This document shows positions 9,884 through 21,128 of a DNA stretch of 64,000 nucleotides, one piece after another. Origin of the DNA: [Phormidium] sp. ETS-05 (GTDB taxonomy: Bacteria; Cyanobacteriota; Cyanobacteriia; Cyanobacteriales; Laspinemataceae); contig NZ_CP051168.1 of assembly GCF_016446395.1 (NCBI RefSeq), positions 3,749,579-3,813,578 of the forward strand, written 5' to 3'. Position numbers and translations under genes: made by a program. The first letter of the stretch is position 1; every line of letters begins with the position of its first letter. The notes beneath the pieces are model-generated. The model was not told where the DNA came from, searched no databases, and saw nothing but the letters and a program-made list of their open reading frames with translations.

Positions 9884-12800
9884 GTGTTCACCCATGTTAA
9901 GCCCACCATTCGACATATAGCCCCGGATGACTTGCGGGGTCGATCGCTTCTCAAGGTGGTCTATGTGGTGCTAGAAGCCCAGTATCAGAGCGCCTTATCG
10001 GAGGCAGTTCGCACCATAAACCGGGAAAATGAGAATATCGCCATTGAAATCAGCGGTTATCTGATTGAGGAACTGAGGGACCCTCAAAACTGCGAAGACT
10101 TCCAGCGGGATGTGGCAAATGCCAACATCTTTATCGCTTCCCTCATCTTCATCGAAGACCTCGCCCAAAAGGTGGTGGAAGCGGTGCAACCCCACCGGGA
10201 TAATCTGGATGTGGCGGTGGTCTTCCCCTCGATGCCCGAGGTGATGCGCCTGAATAAAATGGGGAGCTTTTCCCTGGCCCAGTTGGGACAGTCTAAGAGC
10301 GCGATCGCCCAATTCATGCGCAAGCGCAAGGAGCAATCCGGCGGTTCCTTCCAAGATGGGATGCTGAAGCTGCTGCAAACTCTGCCCAAGGTCCTGAAAT
10401 ATCTCCCCATCGACAAGGCCCAGGATGCGCGCAACTTTATGCTCAGCTTCCAATATTGGCTGGGTGGTTCGCCGGAAAATTTGCAAAACTTCCTGCTGAT
10501 GTTGGCGGCGAAGTATGTGTTTAAGGATGAAAACAACCGCAAAGGCACCGAAGTGCAATTCGCGGAGCCGGTGGTTTACCCGGATATGGGCATCTGGCAC
10601 CCCTTGGCTCCGAAAATGTTTGAAAATGCCCGGGATTATCTCACTTGGTATAATAGTCGTGATGATATTTCCGATGACCTGAAAGACCCTCTGGCTACTT
10701 GTATCGGCTTGGTTTTGCAGCGGACTCACTTAGTGACTGGTGATGATGCTCACTATGTGGCAATGGTGCAAGAACTGGAGGCGATGGGGGCGCGTCCGAT
10801 CGCGGTGTTTAACGGCGGTTTGGATTTTTCTAAGCCAGTAGATGAATATTTCTGGGATGTGAGCGCTAAAGGTGTAGAACCTTTACCCCTGGTGGATGCG
10901 GTGGTGTCTTTAACTGGTTTTGCCTTGGTGGGCGGACCGGCTCGCCAGGACCATCCCAAGGCTATTGATTCCCTGAAACGCCTCAACCGTCCTTATATGG
11001 TGGCTTTGCCTCTGGTATTCCAAACTACCGAGGAATGGCAGGATAGTGATTTGGGTTTACATCCGATTCAGGTGGCTTTGCAGATTGCGATTCCCGAACT
11101 GGATGGGGCGATCGAACCGATTATCGTTTCGGGACGAGATGGAGCCACGGGGAAAGCTATTGCTCTACAGGACCGGGTAGAGGCGATCGCCACTCGCGCC
11201 ATCAAATGGGCCAACCTCCGCCGCCAACCAAAACTAGATAAGAAAATCGCTATTACCGTTTTCAGCTTCCCCCCAGACAAAGGCAACGTGGGGACCGCCG
11301 CCTATTTAAACGTGTTTGGCAGCATCTTTGAAGTGATGAAAGCACTCAAAGGCAACGGCTATGACATCCAAGATTTACCCGAGTCCGCCGAACAGCTCAT
11401 GCAAGAGGTCATCCACGACGCACAGGCGCAATACGCCAGTCCCGAACTGAATATCGCTTACCGGATGTCCGTGGAAGAATACGAACGCCTCACCCCCTAC
11501 TCGGAACGCCTCCACGAAAACTGGGGACCGCCTCCGGGACACCTGAACAGCGACGGCCAAAACCTGTTAATTTACGGCAAATCCTTCGGCAACCTGTTTA
11601 TCGGCGTGCAGCCGACTTTCGGCTATGAAGGCGACCCGATGCGGCTGCTGTTTAGCCGTTCCGCCAGTCCTCACCACGGTTTCGCCGCCTACTACACCTA
11701 TTTAGAGCATATCTGGGGCGCTGATGCCGTGCTGCACTTCGGTACTCACGGCTCTCTGGAATTTATGCCGGGTAAACAAATGGGGATGTCTGGGGATTGT
11801 TATCCCGATAACTTAATCGGCAATATTCCCAATATCTATTACTACGCGGCAAATAATCCCTCGGAGGCAACCATTGCCAAACGCCGCAGTTATGCAGCGA
11901 CTATCAGCTATTTAACGCCACCGGCGGAAAATGCGGGTTTATACAAGGGTTTGCAAGAACTCAGCGAGTTAATTGGCTCTTATCAAACTCTGAAAGATTC
12001 TGGGCGTGGTATCCCCATTGTCAGCACCATCATAGAAAAATGCCGTCAGGTCAATTTAGATAAAGATATCGCCCTGCCCGAACAAGATGCAGGCGAGCTG
12101 ACGGCGGAGGAACGGGATAATTTAGTTGGTTTGGTTTACCGCAAACTGATGGAAATTGAATCCCGCCTGCTGCCTTGCGGTTTGCACGTGATTGGTAAGC
12201 CACCCACGGCGGAAGAGGCTGTGGCTACTTTGGTGAATATCGCCAGTTTAGACCGGGAAGAGGAGGGTCTCCTCAGCTTACAGCGGATTATCGCCAACAG
12301 TATCGGGCGCAATATTGACGAGATTTACAGCAATAGCGATCGGGGCATCCTCGCCGATGTGGACCTGTTGCAGCAAATCACCCTCGCTGTGCGGGCCGCA
12401 GTGGCTGGTCTGGTGAAAGAACAAACCGACGCTGATGGCCGGGTTTCCCTGGTTTCTAAGCTGAATTTCTTCAATATGGGCAAAAAAGAACCCTGGATCG
12501 TGGCTCTCCACGAACATGGTTTCACCAAAGTTGACCCAGAACCGATTAAACCGCTGTTTGAATATCTGGAATTCTGCTTGCAGCAAGTCTGCGCCGATAA
12601 CGAACTGGGGGCATTATTGCGGGCTTTTGAAGGGGAATATATTCTCCCCGGTCCCGGTGGCGACCCCATCCGCAACCCGGATGTATTGCCCACGGGGAAA
12701 AATATGCACGCTTTAGACCCGCAGTCTATCCCCACGGCGGCGGCGGTGAAATCGGCAAAAGTGGTGGTCGATCGGCTTTTGGAACGGCAACGCCTGGAAA

Positions 12801-13882
12801 ATGGCGGTAAGTATCCCGAGACGATCGCCTGCGTCCTCTGGGGCACCGACAACATCAAAACCTACGGCGAATCCCTCGCCCAAATCATGTGGATGGTGGG
12901 CGCCAAACCCGTCCCCGACGCCTTGGGCCGCGTCAACAAACTAGAACTCATCCCCCTAGAAGAACTAGGACGGCCCCGCATCGACGTAGTAATCAACTGC
13001 TCCGGCGTCTTCCGCGACCTGTTCATCAACCAAATGAACCTCCTGGACAAAGCCGTGAAAATGGCCGCCGAAGCCAACGAACCCCTAGAAATGAACTACG
13101 TCCGCAAACACGCCCTCAAACAAGCCGAAGAACTGGGCATCAACCTGCGGCAAGCTGCCACCCGCGTCTTTTCCAACGCCAGCGGATCCTACTCCTCCAA
13201 CGTCAACCTCGCCGTAGAAAACAGCACCTGGGAAAGCGAATCAGAACTACAAGAAATGTATCTGACCCGCAAATCCTTTGCTTTCTCCTCGGATAACCCC
13301 GGTAGCTTTGCCGAAAGTCGTCAGATTTTTGAATCCACCCTCAAAACCGCTGAGGTGACATTCCAAAACCTCGACTCTTCGGAAATCAGCCTCACCGACG
13401 TATCCCACTATTACGACTCGGACCCCACCAAGGTAATTTCCAGCCTGCGGGGTGATGGCAAAACCCCTGCCTCTTATATAGCAGACACCACCACCGCTAA
13501 CGCCCAAATTCGCACCTTGTCAGAAACCGTGCGTTTAGATTCCCGCACCAAACTGCTTAATCCTAAGTGGTATGAGGGAATGCTCGCCCAAGGTTATGAA
13601 GGCGTTCGCGAGCTGTCCAAGCGTCTGGTGAATACGATCGGCTGGTCTGCCACCGCCGGGGCCGTGGATAACTGGGTTTATGAGGAAACCAACGAAACCT
13701 TTATGAAGGACCCGGAAATGCAGCAGCGGTTGCTGAACCTGAATCCCAACTCTTTCCGCAAAATGGTCGCCAGTTTGTTGGAAGCCAACGGACGCGGCTA
13801 CTGGGAAACCAGCGAAGAAAACCTAGACCGTTTGCGTCAGTTGTACCAAGAAGTTGAAGACCGCATCGAAGGCATAGAATAG
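9884..13882 (+). CDS. chlH: magnesium chelatase subunit H
   Basis: 1333-1349 aa. N-terminus [38 protein letters not shown] resembles ChlH (MFTNVKSTIRR...VVYVVLE); CobN/ChlH family throughout. GTG 9884 follows AGGAG at a 12-nt spacing; the alternative ATG at 9833 would add 17 aa. Confidence 0.9.
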   Translation: MFTHVKPTIRHIAPDDLRGRSLLKVVYVVLEAQYQSALSEAVRTINRENENIAIEISGYLIEELRDPQNCEDFQRDVANANIFIASLIFIEDLAQKVVEAVQPHRDNLDVAVVFPSMPEVMRLNKMGSFSLAQLGQSKSAIAQFMRKRKEQSGGSFQDGMLKLLQTLPKVLKYLPIDKAQDARNFMLSFQYWLGGSPENLQNFLLMLAAKYVFKDENNRKGTEVQFAEPVVYPDMGIWHPLAPKMFENARDYLTWYNSRDDISDDLKDPLATCIGLVLQRTHLVTGDDAHYVAMVQELEAMGARPIAVFNGGLDFSKPVDEYFWDVSAKGVEPLPLVDAVVSLTGFALVGGPARQDHPKAIDSLKRLNRPYMVALPLVFQTTEEWQDSDLGLHPIQVALQIAIPELDGAIEPIIVSGRDGATGKAIALQDRVEAIATRAIKWANLRRQPKLDKKIAITVFSFPPDKGNVGTAAYLNVFGSIFEVMKALKGNGYDIQDLPESAEQLMQEVIHDAQAQYASPELNIAYRMSVEEYERLTPYSERLHENWGPPPGHLNSDGQNLLIYGKSFGNLFIGVQPTFGYEGDPMRLLFSRSASPHHGFAAYYTYLEHIWGADAVLHFGTHGSLEFMPGKQMGMSGDCYPDNLIGNIPNIYYYAANNPSEATIAKRRSYAATISYLTPPAENAGLYKGLQELSELIGSYQTLKDSGRGIPIVSTIIEKCRQVNLDKDIALPEQDAGELTAEERDNLVGLVYRKLMEIESRLLPCGLHVIGKPPTAEEAVATLVNIASLDREEEGLLSLQRIIANSIGRNIDEIYSNSDRGILADVDLLQQITLAVRAAVAGLVKEQTDADGRVSLVSKLNFFNMGKKEPWIVALHEHGFTKVDPEPIKPLFEYLEFCLQQVCADNELGALLRAFEGEYILPGPGGDPIRNPDVLPTGKNMHALDPQSIPTAAAVKSAKVVVDRLLERQRLENGGKYPETIACVLWGTDNIKTYGESLAQIMWMVGAKPVPDALGRVNKLELIPLEELGRPRIDVVINCSGVFRDLFINQMNLLDKAVKMAAEANEPLEMNYVRKHALKQAEELGINLRQAATRVFSNASGSYSSNVNLAVENSTWESESELQEMYLTRKSFAFSSDNPGSFAESRQIFESTLKTAEVTFQNLDSSEISLTDVSHYYDSDPTKVISSLRGDGKTPASYIADTTTANAQIRTLSETVRLDSRTKLLNPKWYEGMLAQGYEGVRELSKRLVNTIGWSATAGAVDNWVYEETNETFMKDPEMQQRLLNLNPNSFRKMVASLLEANGRGYWETSEENLDRLRQLYQEVEDRIEGIE

Positions 13883-13971
13883 CACACAGTCCTTTGTCCT
13901 TTGTCATTTGTCCTTTGTCACTTGGAAATTGGACATTGGACAAATGACATTAATCTGTAAATACAAACGTA

Positions 13972-14003
13972 GGGGTACGGCATTGCCGTGCCCTTTCTTT
14001 TTG
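13972..14003 (+). terminator. intrinsic terminator downstream of chlH
   Basis: ggggtacggc-attg-ccgtgccc hairpin followed by tttctttttg. Confidence 0.55.
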
Positions 14004-14019
14004 TGGTTTCCGTTCTACC

Positions 14020-14048
14020 TTGACAGTGATATCAGATTGTGATATCAT
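14020..14048 (+). promoter_or_regulatory. putative hicAB promoter with duplicated TGATATCA palindromes (candidate operator)
   Basis: ttgaca-gtgatatcagattgtga-tatcat. The palindrome TGATATCA occurs twice, overlapping the spacer and -10. Confidence 0.35.
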
Positions 14049-14213
14049 AATTAGTGGGTAGATGACAAAAGGAAGAAAGGCATATTGTAAATCACTGTAA
14101 TCTATGGCTAGACTGGGTTTGTGGCTTCAAGCCGCAGGCGATCGGGCGTGAGGTGGGTTCCAGCTTTCCCCCATACTGGCGTCACAACCCGGTTCATATA
14201 TGAATAAAAATTT

Positions 14214-14474
14214 ATGGAGCTAAATAATAAGCAGCGTAAAACTTTAGAGCTAATTTTTACCGACCCAATTCCCGCCAATATCAATTGGCAGGATATTGAA
14301 GGTCTATTTACAGCCCTTGGAGGGACGATCGAGCAAGGTAAAGGCTCGCGAATTAGAGTGTTATTAAATGATGTAGCGGCTACTTTTCACAGCCCGCATC
14401 CTCAGAAAGAGACTGAGAAAGGTGCAGTGAAATCAGTGAGAAAATTTTTGCAAACTGCAGGGATTGAACCATGA
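14214..14474 (+). CDS. hicA: type II toxin-antitoxin system HicA-family toxin
   Basis: 86 aa. KQRKTLELIFTDPIPANINWQDIEGLFTALGGTIEQGKGSRIRVL...FHSPHPQKETEKGAVKSVRKFL matches the HicA/YcfA-like mRNA interferase pattern. Confidence 0.7.
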   Translation: MELNNKQRKTLELIFTDPIPANINWQDIEGLFTALGGTIEQGKGSRIRVLLNDVAATFHSPHPQKETEKGAVKSVRKFLQTAGIEP

Positions 14475-14574
14475 TCACGTAACCAAATAACGGGGCGTTG
14501 AACAATAACGCCCCAAACGCAAGAAAACCAGTTTAATTAATTCAGTCAATTTTATTCAGCCATATTGATTAGCC

Positions 14575-15042
14575 ATGTTTACCTATAAGGGGTACACCGG
14601 TCAAGTTGAAGTAGATGTAGAAGCGGGTATTTTATTCGGGGAAGTCCTGGAGATTTATGATGTGGTCACATTTCAGGGCAAAACTGTAGAAGAAGCTCGC
14701 CAAGAATTCCAAAACTCTGTAGATGATTATCTAGAGTTTTGCGCCAAATTAGGGCGACAACCAGATAAACCATTTTCTGGAAGACTGCCCTATCGCACTA
14801 ATTCAGATACCCACCGCAAAATTTTTATCGCCGCCAAAAAAGCCGGTAAAAGCATCAATGCCTGGATGGATGAAGTTTTGCGGGAGGCGGCGGATAAGTC
14901 CATCAATACTAAACGAAAACCGGACAGTGCAGAAGAAAAACCCACTGCTGACAGTACAGAAGAAAAACCCAATGCTGACAGTACAGAAGAAAAACCCATT
15001 GCTGAAGAAACCAAGGTTCTCGTAGAGGCATCTAAGGGATAG
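14575..15042 (+). CDS. hicB: HicB-family antitoxin with RHH-like DNA-binding segment and a repetitive acidic C-terminal tail
   Basis: N-terminal HicB fold (MFTYKGYTGQVEVDVEAGILFGEVLEIYDVVTFQGKTVEEARQEF...DYLEFC), then an RHH-like SGRLPYRTNSDTHRKIFIAAKKAGKSINAWMDEVLRE. The tail is three tandem 27-bp repeats (EEKPxADST) at 14929-15007. Confidence 0.7.
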   Translation: MFTYKGYTGQVEVDVEAGILFGEVLEIYDVVTFQGKTVEEARQEFQNSVDDYLEFCAKLGRQPDKPFSGRLPYRTNSDTHRKIFIAAKKAGKSINAWMDEVLREAADKSINTKRKPDSAEEKPTADSTEEKPNADSTEEKPIAEETKVLVEASKG

Positions 15043-15117
15043 AATCAAGTTATCCCCAAAAAGGGGCAATTGGTCAATTGTCCCTTTTCATAAATTAACC
15101 ATTAAAGAGGTTTAATC

Positions 15118-15426
15118 ATGGCAGAACAAATGCAGACACCAAAAATCGACGTGCGATCGGCAGTGCGAGCCGCAGCTAACTATTTACAATCAATTCAAGA
15201 TTTAATTCCAGCGGAAAACCTAAGATTAGAAGAGGTCGAAATTTCAGAAGATAAAAATTTTGGGCTAATCACTTGGGGATTTAATGAAGCCAAGAAAGCA
15301 CAGCCTAGTCTTAATAATTCTTTGTTTATTGCCGGGATAAAACCTAACGAAACGCGCCAATATAAAATCTTTAGAGCTAATTCTCGCACGGAAGAAGTAG
15401 AAGCAATGGAAATTAGAAATTTATAA
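15118..15426 (+). CDS. hypothetical protein (low-GC island)
   Basis: 102-aa ORF with AAGAGG RBS (aaagaggtttaatcATG). No recognisable family. An AT-rich tract follows. Confidence 0.5.
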   Translation: MAEQMQTPKIDVRSAVRAAANYLQSIQDLIPAENLRLEEVEISEDKNFGLITWGFNEAKKAQPSLNNSLFIAGIKPNETRQYKIFRANSRTEEVEAMEIRNL

Positions 15427-15656
15427 AATTTAAAAATTACATTAAATATTATTTAGAAAATATCAAAACAAAAAATAATTACGAATTGAAATATTCTCAT
15501 GTTCTTGTGTTTATGTGGTTGCCTCAACAAAAACGGATTTTTTATTTATAAAAGCAACATTAAAAAATGTAACTAAATTATTGAACCAAATTATTTAAGA
15601 TGTCAAAATAGGCTACAATCATCAAGGTGAGACGATCGACCAACTAGGGGGATGAG

Positions 15657-16437
15657 ATGCAGCCGACCTATATTCTCTATCACGGGCACTGTTATGATGG
15701 TTTTGGCGCTGCTTGGGCGGCGTGGAAGGCTCTGGGGGATAATGATGCCCAGTATATTGGCGTCAACTACGGAGAACCTCAGCCGGAAATCCCGGATGAT
15801 GCTGCCATTTTTATTGTGGACTTCTCCTATCCTAGAGATGTGCTGATCGAGCTAAAGGAGCGATCGAGTAGCCTGCTGGTACCACCACAAAACTGCCCAA
15901 GAAGATTTGCGGGGATTGGATTTTGCCGTGTTTGATATGCAAAAATCCGGGGCAATGCTGGCGTGGGAGTTTTGGCACCCACAGCAACCGATACCGGAGC
16001 TGATTTCCTATATCCAAGATAGAGATTTGTGGCGGTTTGAGTTGCCCCAGAGTCGGGAAGTGTTTGTGGCTCTGACTTCCTATCCGATGGAGTTTGAAGT
16101 TTGGGATAGTCTGGATGTGGGGTTTTTGAAAACCGAAGGGGCACCGATTTTGCGGTTTCAGCAGCAAACGGTGAAAAATATTTGCCGTAATGCTTTTTAT
16201 CGCGATATTGGCGGCTATACTGTGCCTGTGGTGAATGCCACGGCGTTTTTTTCCGATGTGGCTCACGAACTTTGCTGCCGCTATCCAGAGGCAGCCTTTA
16301 CAGCTTATTATTATGACCGGAAAGATGGGAAAAGGCAATGGGGTTTGCGCTCTGAGGGGGATTTTGATGTGAGTGCGGTGGCGAAAAAGTTGGGGGGCGG
16401 CGGTCATCGCAATGCTGCCGGTTTTGTGGAAGGATAA
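15657..16437 (+). pseudogene. DHH/DHHA1-family phosphoesterase (NrnA-like nanoRNase / pAp phosphatase fold), frameshifted near 15880-15890
   Basis: ORF 15657..15935 gives a DHH-like N-terminus (ILYHGHCYDGFGAAWAAW...IFIVDFS). The +1 frame from ~15885 continues as YHHKTAQEDLRGLDFAVFDM... and ends with the DHHA1 signature GGGGHRNAAGF. Strong RBS AGGGGGAtgagATG. Confidence 0.6.
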
Positions 16438-16440
16438 ACT

Positions 16441-16630
16441 GATATTTGTCCTTTGTCCTTTGTCCTTTGTCCTTGGTCTGCCAGAAACCTTCTGCGAGTT
16501 TGGGTTTTTTCCCGATATTTGGTTAAGAAACCCGGTTTCTCAGACAAAGGACAAGTGACCAAGGACAAATGACAAATGACAAGTGACAAAAGAATCCCTA
16601 CCCAAGGACAAATGACAAATGACAAGTGAT
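16441..16630. repeat. STRR arrays flanking a GAAACCCGGTTTC hairpin element
   Basis: tttgtcctttgtcctttgtccttggtc ... ccagaaacc...ttaagaaacccggtttctcag ... gacaaatgacaagtgacaaaag... Confidence 0.7.
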
Positions 16631-17920
16631 ATCAGAACTAAAATCAGCGAGCAATATGATTTTCGGCCTTATCCAGATAAACCTATAGAGGAGCCTTTGC
16701 CCCCCGATGCGGAGTTGCTGTTTTGGAATAGTTTGGCGACGATTTACTACGTCACCCAAAAACGGGTAATTAACCCGAATGGGAAATTAATCTTGGATGC
16801 GGGATGTGGTACGGGGTGGAAATCTTTGGGGTTGGCGGCGGCGAATCCCGGCGCTAAAGTGGTGGGAGTGGATATTTCCCCGAAGTCGGTAGATTTAGCT
16901 AGACAAAGGCTCCAATACCACGGTTTTACTGAGGCGGAGTTTCATGTATTGGCGATTGAGGATTTGCCAAATTTGGGTTTACAGTTTGATTATATCAATT
17001 GCGATGAGGTGCTGTTTTTTTTGCCGGAGCCGGTGGCGGGGTTACGGGGGATGAAATCGGCCCTCAAGGAATCGGGGATTATTAGAACAAATTTGCATAG
17101 TGCTTTTCAGCGGCAGGCTTTATATCGAGCCCAGGCGGCGTTTAAACTGCTGGGTTTGATGGAGGATAATCCAGAGGATTTGGCAATTGGGATTGCGCTG
17201 GAAATTATGGATAATCTCCGGGATGATGTGGATGTGAAGGTGCGGACTTGGCAGCAGGCTGTAGGGGCGTCGGATGAGTTGAAAAGGAGTTTTATTGCGC
17301 GGGATTTTCTGCTGCAGGGGGATAAGGGTTATACGATTCCAGAGATGTTTGCGATGCTGCATTCAGCGGAGCTGGAGTTTCTGGGTATGGTGAATTGGCA
17401 GGATTGGTTGGTTGAGGATTTGTTTAAGGATGGGGCGGATGATTTGGCGTTTTTGGCGCTGACTTTGCCGGAGCTTTCGGTAGAGGAGCGGCTACATTTA
17501 TGCGAGTTGTGGCATCCGGTTAGTCGCAAGTTGGATTTTTGGTGCGCACATCCGGGGATTGATGTGGGTGAGGCTTGGGATGATGATTCTTTGGGGGATG
17601 GGGACAGGGTGCGGGTATATTTGCATCCGCTGTTGGTGAATGATGAGGTGAAATTGGGGTTTATTGAGAGTATCCAGGGGCAAAAATATTTGGATTTGGG
17701 GGGATGTTTGGGTTTGAGTCTTGGGGATACTTTGGTAATAGATGCAGTGGCGGCGGAGTGTTTGTTTGGTTTGCAAGATGGGCCGCTGTTGTTTTCTGAA
17801 CTGGTGGAACTATGGGTTAGCTTGCATCCAGATATGGAGGTGACGGAGGCGGTGGCGAGTTGGCGGGATTTGCTGCTGGGGTTGGAGTCGGGGATGGTGG
17901 TTTTGTTTGAAGGGTTGTAG
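16619..17920 (+). CDS. class I SAM-dependent methyltransferase with large C-terminal extension
   Basis: LDAGCGTGWKSLGLAAANPGAKVVGVDISPKSVDLAR (motif I) and DYINCDEVLFFL (motif II). The first ATG follows an in-frame stop; no obvious SD. Confidence 0.7.
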   Translation: MTSDIRTKISEQYDFRPYPDKPIEEPLPPDAELLFWNSLATIYYVTQKRVINPNGKLILDAGCGTGWKSLGLAAANPGAKVVGVDISPKSVDLARQRLQYHGFTEAEFHVLAIEDLPNLGLQFDYINCDEVLFFLPEPVAGLRGMKSALKESGIIRTNLHSAFQRQALYRAQAAFKLLGLMEDNPEDLAIGIALEIMDNLRDDVDVKVRTWQQAVGASDELKRSFIARDFLLQGDKGYTIPEMFAMLHSAELEFLGMVNWQDWLVEDLFKDGADDLAFLALTLPELSVEERLHLCELWHPVSRKLDFWCAHPGIDVGEAWDDDSLGDGDRVRVYLHPLLVNDEVKLGFIESIQGQKYLDLGGCLGLSLGDTLVIDAVAAECLFGLQDGPLLFSELVELWVSLHPDMEVTEAVASWRDLLLGLESGMVVLFEGL

Positions 17921-18182
17921 TTTGTCCTTTGTCCTTTGTCATTTGTCCTTTGTCCTTTGTCCCCCCGTCACCCCGTCCCCCCGAAGACAGCCCTCACCCC
18001 CAGCCCCTCTCCCAAGGAGGGAGAGGGGGGAAAGTCCCCCCGTCCCCCCGTCACTCGGTCCAGAAGTCACCCCGAAGACAGCCCTCACCCCCAACCCCTC
18101 TCCCAGGGGGGGAGAGAGGGGAATGGTCCAGAAGTCACCCCGTCACTCGGTCCCCCTGTCCCCCCGTCACCCCGTCCCTCCG
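17921..18182. repeat. STRR plus GC-rich repeat elements
   Basis: tttgtcctttgtcatttgtcc then ccccgtcaccccgtcccc...gccctcacccccagcccctctcccaaggagggagagggggg, duplicated. Confidence 0.7.
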
Positions 18183-19832
18183 TCATCCGGTGGCGCGAGC
18201 TAGAAGGGGTGCGGCTCCGAGGAGGGTTTTGGTGTAGGGGTGTTGGGGGTTGGTGAAGATTTGGCGGGTGGGGCCGATTTCGACGATGCGTCCGCTGTTC
18301 ATTACGGCGATGCGATCGCAGAAAAACCGCGCTACCCACAAATCGTGGGTGATAAACAGATAAGTTAACTCGAATTCCTGTTTGAGTTCTAACATCAACT
18401 CTAGGACTTGAGTTTGGACGCTAGCATCAAGCATACTTACGGGTTCGTCGCAAATCACTAATTTGGGGCGGGTAATGAGCGATCGGGCGATCGCGACGCG
18501 CTGCTGCTGTCCGCCAGATAGCTCGGAGGGATAGCGGCGGGCGAAATCTGCAGCCGGAGTTAATCCCACCCGTTCCAGCATTTTCTCTACTTGGATTTTG
18601 GCTTCTTGAGGAGTGGCTAATTTGTGAATTAATAGGGGGTCGGCGATGCTTTCCCCTACGGTCATCATGGGATTAAGACAAGCGTGGGGGTCTTGAAATA
18701 CCATTTGCATTTCCCGCCGGGATGAGCGCACGGAATGGGCAGATAGTTTGGTTAAATTTCGTCCTAAAAATTCTACTTTACCCCCAGTGGCGGGTATGAG
18801 TTGTAAAATTGTGCGGGATAGGGTACTTTTGCCGCAACCGGACTCGCCCACTAAACCGAGAATTTCGCCGGGATAGAGTTCAAAACTGACGCCATCGACC
18901 GCTTTAATGGTTTGGTTTTTGGCAGAAAATAGCCACCGCTCGATAAAATTGGCTTCTAATGTGTAGTGTTGCTGTAATTCCTGAACTAGGAGGAGGGGGG
19001 CGCCTTCTTTGGGAGTGATTTTGACTTCTTCCTGGACGGCTTGAATATGGAGGGCAGCTTGGAGCAGGGATTGAGTGTATTGGTGTTGGGGGTGATAAAA
19101 TACTTGTTCCGTCGGGCCGGTTTCTACGATTTTGCCGCCGTACATGACGGCGATGCGATCGCAATATTCCCCCACCATCGCTAAGTCATGGGAAATCAAC
19201 AGCATGGCCATTTCCCGATCGCGGCAGAGGCGGGTCAGTTCTTGCAAAATTTCCGCCGAAACCGTCACATCTAAACTGGTGGTGGGTTCATCTGCCACAA
19301 TCATCTTAGGGTTGAGGAGCAACGCCAGAGCGATCGCCACCCGCTGACGCATCCCACCGCTAAACTCATGGGGATACTGAGACCACCGCGCTGCGGGAAT
19401 TTTCACCGTTTCCAACGTAGCAATAGCGATATCTTTTGCCTTCTGGCGGGTCAGTTCCGGTTGGTGCGCCAGGAGAGTTTCCATACAATGTTCTCCGATC
19501 GTCATCAACGGGTCCAAGCGCGTCATCGGGTCCTGAAACACTAGGGCGATCGCCTCTCCCCGAAACCGCCGCATTTCCGTTGGGTTGAGGTCAAACACCG
19601 ACTGACCATTAAAATCTACCTTGCCCTCCACGGTACTCTTGTGAGGGAGCAACCGCATCACAGCGCGTCCTAAAGTAGATTTACCGCAGCCAGACTCCCC
19701 CACAATACCCAACCTTTCCCCTCTTCCCAAAGTCAGGGAAACACCGTCAACCGCCCAGGTAGCCGAGCCGCCGCCACGTCCGTAAGGGTAGGCTACCCGC
19801 AGATTTTCCAGTTTTAATAATTTATCACTCAT
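18183..19832 (-). CDS. ABC transporter ATP-binding protein with two fused nucleotide-binding domains (Dpp/Opp-type ATPase)
   Basis: Two Walker A motifs (GESGCGKST twice), two ABC signatures (LSGGQQQR / FSGGMRQR), two Walker B motifs (ICDEP / VADEP). Start reset to ATG 19832 ([15 protein letters not shown]); upstream track codons derive from the GAYAATT repeat. Confidence 0.8.
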   Translation of the reverse strand: MSDKLLKLENLRVAYPYGRGGGSATWAVDGVSLTLGRGERLGIVGESGCGKSTLGRAVMRLLPHKSTVEGKVDFNGQSVFDLNPTEMRRFRGEAIALVFQDPMTRLDPLMTIGEHCMETLLAHQPELTRQKAKDIAIATLETVKIPAARWSQYPHEFSGGMRQRVAIALALLLNPKMIVADEPTTSLDVTVSAEILQELTRLCRDREMAMLLISHDLAMVGEYCDRIAVMYGGKIVETGPTEQVFYHPQHQYTQSLLQAALHIQAVQEEVKITPKEGAPLLLVQELQQHYTLEANFIERWLFSAKNQTIKAVDGVSFELYPGEILGLVGESGCGKSTLSRTILQLIPATGGKVEFLGRNLTKLSAHSVRSSRREMQMVFQDPHACLNPMMTVGESIADPLLIHKLATPQEAKIQVEKMLERVGLTPAADFARRYPSELSGGQQQRVAIARSLITRPKLVICDEPVSMLDASVQTQVLELMLELKQEFELTYLFITHDLWVARFFCDRIAVMNSGRIVEIGPTRQIFTNPQHPYTKTLLGAAPLLARATG

Positions 19833-19865
19833 CTGAATAATTTTATTTATATGATTGATATTTTT

Positions 19866-20150
19866 CAGGGTGATAATTGACAATTGATAATTGACAATTG
19901 ACAATTGATAATTGATAATTGATAATTGTCAATTATTCCCCTCTCCCCCTCTCCCCCTCTCCCAGTCTCCCAGTCTCCCAGTCCCCCCGTCCCCCCGTCC
20001 CCTAAAGCCCTCACCCCCCTAGCCCGCTGCCGCGTAGGCGTTGCCAGCGCGTAGGCGTTGCCTGCGCATAGCGCATAGCGCTTAGGCGGGGGTCCCCACA
20101 CCCGGCGTCGGGAGAGGGGGGAATCGTCCCCCCGTCTCCCCGGAAGGGCG
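19866..20150. repeat. (GAYAATT)n heptamer STRR followed by GC-rich repeat element
   Basis: gataattgacaattgataattgacaattgacaattgataattgataattg... then ccctctccccctctccc...gccctcacccccctagcccgctgccgcgtaggcgttgcc. Confidence 0.7.
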
Positions 20151-20151
20151 C

Positions 20152-20730
20152 CTACTGGGGTTTGTCAAAGCGGCGCATTAAATAGGCGACACCGAAATCA
20201 CCATAAGGATGACTTTCCAGAATCTCTGCCAGTTCTAAAACTCGATCGGCTGCTTGCCAACCCAATTTTTCCACTAACGCTTCCCGCTCCTTTTCCGCAT
20301 AATGAGCCGATCGGGCTTCTGCTTGCCACTGACCAGAGAAAACCTGCTCGATTTCCAAATCCAATCCCAGAGATTCCAATACCTCCCATTCTCCCGCATC
20401 GCACCATATTCCCCCACAGCCGGGACAGCGTTCTACATAAAAAGGATTCTTCACCATCACCTTGGCGCGGGCGAGATAACGCTTGCACTCTGGACATAAC
20501 CCGGCTTTGGCGTCCTGCTCTGAAGGGACGAAATCTCCCGCGATCGCACCGAGGGGGACGCGATGACGTTGCCTGTGGCGCAATAGCTGCTGGGCATTAC
20601 CCGCCCGCCAAGACTGATAATCATTGGCATTAATCCAATTACCTTTGCATTGGGGACAGCATTTAACCCCCAGGTCCTCTCCGATAACGCCATCTACCAG
20701 CTCGATTTCCCGATGTTTCGCACATTCCAC
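20152..20730 (-). CDS. zinc-ribbon (TFIIB-type double CxxC) domain protein, conserved hypothetical
   Basis: Two CPxC...CPxCGG zinc-ribbon pairs (CCPQCKGNW...CPECKRY...CPGCGGIWCD). GTG start 20730 follows GAGGAG at a 9-nt spacing. Confidence 0.55.
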   Translation of the reverse strand: MECAKHREIELVDGVIGEDLGVKCCPQCKGNWINANDYQSWRAGNAQQLLRHRQRHRVPLGAIAGDFVPSEQDAKAGLCPECKRYLARAKVMVKNPFYVERCPGCGGIWCDAGEWEVLESLGLDLEIEQVFSGQWQAEARSAHYAEKEREALVEKLGWQAADRVLELAEILESHPYGDFGVAYLMRRFDKPQ

Positions 20731-20732
20731 AG

Positions 20733-21125
20733 ATTTGCTCCTCGTTTTTTGTCATTAGTTACTTGTCACTTGTCACTTGTCACTTGTCATTAGTCCCTTG
20801 TCCTTTGTCCTTTGTCCTTTGTCCTTTGACAATTGTCCCCTAGTCCCCCCGTCCAGAAGTCCCCCCGTCCCCCCGTCCAGAAGTCCCCCGTCTCCCCGTC
20901 TCCCCGTCCCCCCCGTCTCCCCGTCCCCCCCGTCCCCCGAAGACAGCCCTCACCCCGTCCCCACACCCGGCGGAGGGAGAGGGGGGAAAGTCCCCCCGTC
21001 TCCCCGTCTCCCCGTCTCCCCGTCTCCCCCCCTTTCAAAGGGGGGTAGGGGGGATTGTCACTTGTCACTTGTCACTTGTCACTTGTTACCAAAGTACAAA
21101 GGACAAAGGACAAAGGACAAAGGAC
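20733..21125. repeat. STRR arrays bracketing GC-rich repeat elements
   Basis: ttgtcacttgtcacttgtcacttgtcattagtcccttgtcctttgtcc...cccgtctccccgtctcccc...cctttcaaaggggggtagggggg...ttgtcacttgtcacttgtcac. ORFs 20777..21520 and 20790..21068 are read-throughs of repeats. Confidence 0.7.
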
Positions 21126-21128
21126 AAT

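Noticed and set aside
9995-13507. Minus-strand ORFs of 60-244 aa inside chlH (for example 9995..10729, 12325..12858)
   Set aside because: Antisense to a strongly conserved 1.3k-aa gene; no RBS; composition mirrors the sense strand.
15832-16407. 191-aa minus-strand ORF overlapping the DHH gene
   Set aside because: Antisense of the DHH/DHHA1 coding region, which has clear motifs on the plus strand.
17907-18339. Several proline-rich ORFs (17907..18203, 17929..18237, 17936..18256, 18085..18339)
   Set aside because: Multiple overlapping frames over the same GC-rich repeat; read-through of repeat DNA.
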